NCBI RefSeq assembly: GCF_018977255.1
Contig: NW_024704749.1
Span: 7,998,001-8,062,000 of the forward strand
Reading direction: 5' to 3'
Origin: Callorhinchus milii
Taxonomy: Eukaryota
DNA: 64,000 bases
Made by a program: the position numbers and the translations under genes. Shown here piece after piece: positions 60,423 through 64,000 of this stretch; positions within the stretch are counted from its first letter, which is position 1; each line of letters starts with the position of its first letter. Below the pieces are notes generated by a model, which had not been told where the DNA came from, searched no databases, and worked only from the letters and a program-made list of their open reading frames with translations.

Positions 60423-61568
60423 ATGGCACGGAAACAGTTGGCATTTTTCATTACGTTGCTGCTTGTCCTGCAAATGGCATTGGTGCTCTTTGCCCTCTAT
60501 CGGCAGTTTATACTGAAGTGGTCCGTAGATCACTTGGGCACATCACTGAACCTCCAAGGGGACGCGCAAATCCCAGAACCAAACCAGCAAAGGTTCTGGA
60601 AAGTTGACGAGAACATCAGAAACATCACCAGTACCCTGAGGGTAGACATAGGAGGCGGCCGGGTCCCAATAGTTATCAACAGAACATTCTCATCGGCTCT
60701 CACTCCTGCCAGTACTTTCACTCTGGTGACAAGAAATTTTGCCAACGAGTTTCCATATCTGCAGAGCTACATATGTCAGATAGCGATAGCCCCACCTGAC
60801 CTGTGTCACGTAGCCAATGGACAACGGCTAATTTTGCTGGCTCTCAAATCTCACTCTTCTAGGTTTGACAGGCGCCGCTTACTGCGGGATACTTGGGTGA
60901 AGGATTCAACCAAACCTGATGTGGTGGTACGTCACATCTTCCTCTCGGCTCAGGTGGAAGAAAAAGGCATCATGGATCTCGTGAAGTTGGAGTCCAACTC
61001 TTTCGGAGATCTGATCGTGTGGAACTTTACCGAGACTCATCACCACTTGCCACTGAAGGAGCGCTGCTTTCTGGAGTATCTTTCACACAGCTGCTCAGCT
61101 GCCTCAATGGTCTTCAAAGGGGATGATGATATTTTTGTAAACCTACCAAACCTTTTGACGTATCTGCAGCAAAACCAAGATGAGTCCAAGCCAATGATGT
61201 ATGGATATATTCACTGGAACGATCCTGTCCTCAGGTTCGGTAAATATAGTGTGAATAGAACTTTGTATTTCTGTAACCATTACCCACCGTTTGCGGCTGG
61301 GGGTGCCTTCATCATGACAATTAGTTCCGTGAGGAGATTGTACAAAGCGTCCCTTATTGTCCCAGTCTTCCCACTAGATGACGTTTACCTGGGGTTCCTC
61401 GCCTTTGCTGGAGGCGTGGAGATGAAGCACGACGATCGCTTTGACGTGTTTGGATATTTTAAGAAAGACGTTTGCTCGATCCAGAAGGTCCTGGCGAAAC
61501 ACGGATTAGGTCCAGCGGAAATTAAATCACTGTCGTCACAAATTCAAAGTGAAAAATCCTGTTTCTGA
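60423..61568 (+). CDS. GT31 B3GNT-like, copy 4, 381 aa
   Basis: Four amino-acid differences from copies 2/3 (D>N, SS>AN, L>S); acceptor at 60412. Confidence 0.9.
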   Translation: MARKQLAFFITLLLVLQMALVLFALYRQFILKWSVDHLGTSLNLQGDAQIPEPNQQRFWKVDENIRNITSTLRVDIGGGRVPIVINRTFSSALTPASTFTLVTRNFANEFPYLQSYICQIAIAPPDLCHVANGQRLILLALKSHSSRFDRRRLLRDTWVKDSTKPDVVVRHIFLSAQVEEKGIMDLVKLESNSFGDLIVWNFTETHHHLPLKERCFLEYLSHSCSAASMVFKGDDDIFVNLPNLLTYLQQNQDESKPMMYGYIHWNDPVLRFGKYSVNRTLYFCNHYPPFAAGGAFIMTISSVRRLYKASLIVPVFPLDDVYLGFLAFAGGVEMKHDDRFDVFGYFKKDVCSIQKVLAKHGLGPAEIKSLSSQIQSEKSCF

Positions 61569-62667
61569 AATGTTTTCATTTGCGGTTGAGGTGAACGACC
61601 AATTCATTTATATATATATATCATCTGGAGGATTGTTTGTCAGAACAATGCCGGCTCAATGTGCGGCCTGACCACATCCCGAGGGTGATGTCTGGGGGAT
61701 TACAACTCAACCGGTGAAGCAATCTGGAGTTCTGAGTGCTATTTGCCTTGTTTATTGCTGTCTGACATTGTTGTAGCAGGGTGAGGCTCGGCAATGATGT
61801 GTGTGTGATTTGTCTTTCTGTGTGTCTGTGTGTGCGTGTGTCTGTGTGTGTGTTGTGCGTGAGAAAATGAATCGACCGTTTTCCCTTCCTCATTAGCAAC
61901 AACAAGAAGTCTTTGGTTTCACATTTAAAACATTATACAGCGAGGATGTGTCTTCTTTCGTCAAAAGGCGCTTTGAGGCATTCAAAGATGTGATAAGGTG
62001 CTATATCAAACGCCAGCATTATTATTATTATTATTTGTCCCTGTAGCGCACACCAAAGATCATGTTTAGCGATCGAAAAGTTTTGTCAGCATGTTACTAT
62101 AATCGCTATCCATGGGTTTTTACTTACTCCGGTGGGTATCGGGTTTGGATTATCTGAGAGACGAGGGGATGAAAGCTGTGTTGCCCCCGTGCTAATATGG
62201 CTGGTGAATCAGCGGGAATCGCATTTTTAAATTGAAGAGAATTTCAAGCAGTGTGAGACCCTGACAGGAACATTGCACTTCTCTTTCGCTGATGATTTTC
62301 TCATCTCACTTCCCCATTTCTGACACAACCCTCACCGCCATCCTGTACAAGGTGCGTGTGTGTGAGTGTTAGCCACTGTGTGTGTTTGTGTCGTGCTCTG
62401 CCATTGTCATGCGATCTGAGACTCTACCCTCACTCAGTTCATGCCAAGTTGTTGTTGTAAAATCATCCTATAATAATAATAATCCTAGGGGCTTTGCTAT
62501 TTATTGTCCGGTGTGTTTTTACTACTACAGAAACTGACCACCACTGAAGGTGACCCTTTAAGGACAACCCCACACCACCCATACTCTCAAGATTTCAAGG
62601 TGGGAAAAATAAATTTAGCATCACTGTACTTACAAAGTTTCCTGTAACTCACTCTGACCCATCGAAA

Positions 62668-62700
<33 letters not shown>

Positions 62701-63011
62701 CCTTGCATTTGATATTGCGCCTTATCACTTTGTTGAGACGTTTCAAAGCGCTTAACAACTCCTAAGCCCTTTCTGGGTGGCAGAGGCCTTTTAACACGTT
62801 CCGTCTGGGAAGAGGCTAAGGCTGGGGGGAATTTCAGGTCTGGACGGCTGTTGAGTGTTGGTGAGTTTCAGACAGAGGGCACCACCCACCTGCCTTTATT
62901 ATTTCCCGAGCCAGAAGAACTCTTAAGCACTTTTAAGATATGCTTAAATACCCGACGATAGAAAGAATTAACTGGATATCGGAGGGGCTTCTTTCTATGT
63001 GTTAAATGATA

Positions 63012-63225
63012 TCCTGTAGCTCAGTGGTTAGAGCACTTGCCTTGCAAGCGAGAGACCTGGGTTCAATTCCGGGCAGGGCGAAACCTTGGGCAAGTTTCCT
63101 TACTCCATACGCCTAATAATAATCCCTCNAAAAAAAATTGGACACTTCAATCCACGACTGTTTGTGGGACACTGCTGTGCGCAATTGGCTGCCACATTTC
63201 GCCCACAAATATACAGTCAATTCAG
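63012..63225 (+). mobile_element. SINE, 3' truncated
   Basis: tRNA-like head and core. Confidence 0.75.
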
Positions 63226-63835
63226 TGAGTCAGCGTTTCCAGTAACGACCCTTTATCTATACTAACACTTGCATTTGATGTAGGGCCTTATTTTGTTGTT
63301 GAATATACTGTGAAGCGTGGTAACTGTGTATTTTGTGGGCGAACAAAAAAAGACTTTTAAGGTGTAGTTAACTCGAGTCAAATTAACCCACATCCGGCTC
63401 AATAGGTCTGACTGTTTTTTTTTGCCTTCTTTGATATTCTGCCTTCAGACAGTGCAATAAGTCAAACAGCGCTATTTAATTTTATTTGACCCCAGGAGTA
63501 GAGAAGAATGAAACACCTCCTGGAAGTAAGTCACTCCTTGACATTTGCCTGTCAAGAAGATGCCGCGCGAGCCAGTGAGTTTTATTGTCAAACTAAAGAA
63601 CCTTTTTATTTATATATATATATATAAAAAATAGACAAACTCGCACAACCATCATTCTTTTTTTCACAAAAACAACAACAAATATATACAAAAGATTCTG
63701 AATGTTTCCCTCTCTCCTCCCCACCCCTCCAAAAAAAATTACACACGGAAATTCACAGTTTGGGGAAAGGAGGGGTGGCGGGGGGGGGGGGTGTGGGGTG
63801 GGCTGGACGTAGACATTTGCTCACTCCCTCCTCTC

Positions 63836-63867
<32 letters not shown>

Positions 63868-64000
63868 TACAACTCTTTGTTGTATTTAGAGTGCTTGCTG
63901 GAGGATTCAGGGCTGGAATTAGCTTGACAATAAGACAAGTTGATAAGCTTCGTGGGCGTCTTTGAATCGGCCGTTTACAAATCAGTTCGGCTTGCGTGAC

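Larger units (their letters stand above)
46250..61649 (+). repeat. Recent tandem segmental duplication, ~6.53-kb unit x ~2.35, each carrying a B3GNT-like exon
   Basis: ATG spacing is 6537 and 6530 nt; spacers are near-identical; similarity stops abruptly at 61649. Confidence 0.93.

Noticed and set aside
35408-61568. Naming the glycosyltransferases B3GNT4 from regional synteny
   Set aside because: The motifs place them in GT31, but orthology needs a phylogeny, so the symbol is left blank.

Overview
Vertebrate genomic DNA, most likely a cartilaginous fish (a chimaera/holocephalan, inferred from its Deu-domain tRNA-SINEs and L2/CR1/Penelope-type repeats). Nearly all ORFs in the supplied track are spurious. 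Real content: (1) HIP1R on +, exons 2-32 (1629-21964; exon 1 is upstream of the window), with a U12-type intron 2 and a candidate 21-nt microexon. (2) VPS37B on -, 4 exons (33326-26886), tail-to-tail with HIP1R as in human. (3) A CpG-rich bidirectional promoter at about 33.3-34.4 kb. (4) Four single-coding-exon GT31 (B3GNT-like) glycosyltransferase ORFs on +. Three lie in a recent ~6.53-kb tandem array and all four have a splice acceptor 10 nt before the ATG. They may be alternative whole-CDS last exons joined to one shared non-coding first exon, and they show signs of gene conversion. A nested CR1/L2/solo-LTR/SINE stack, many SINEs and intronic minisatellites fill the rest. Exon boundaries were read by hand; repeat boundaries are approximate.
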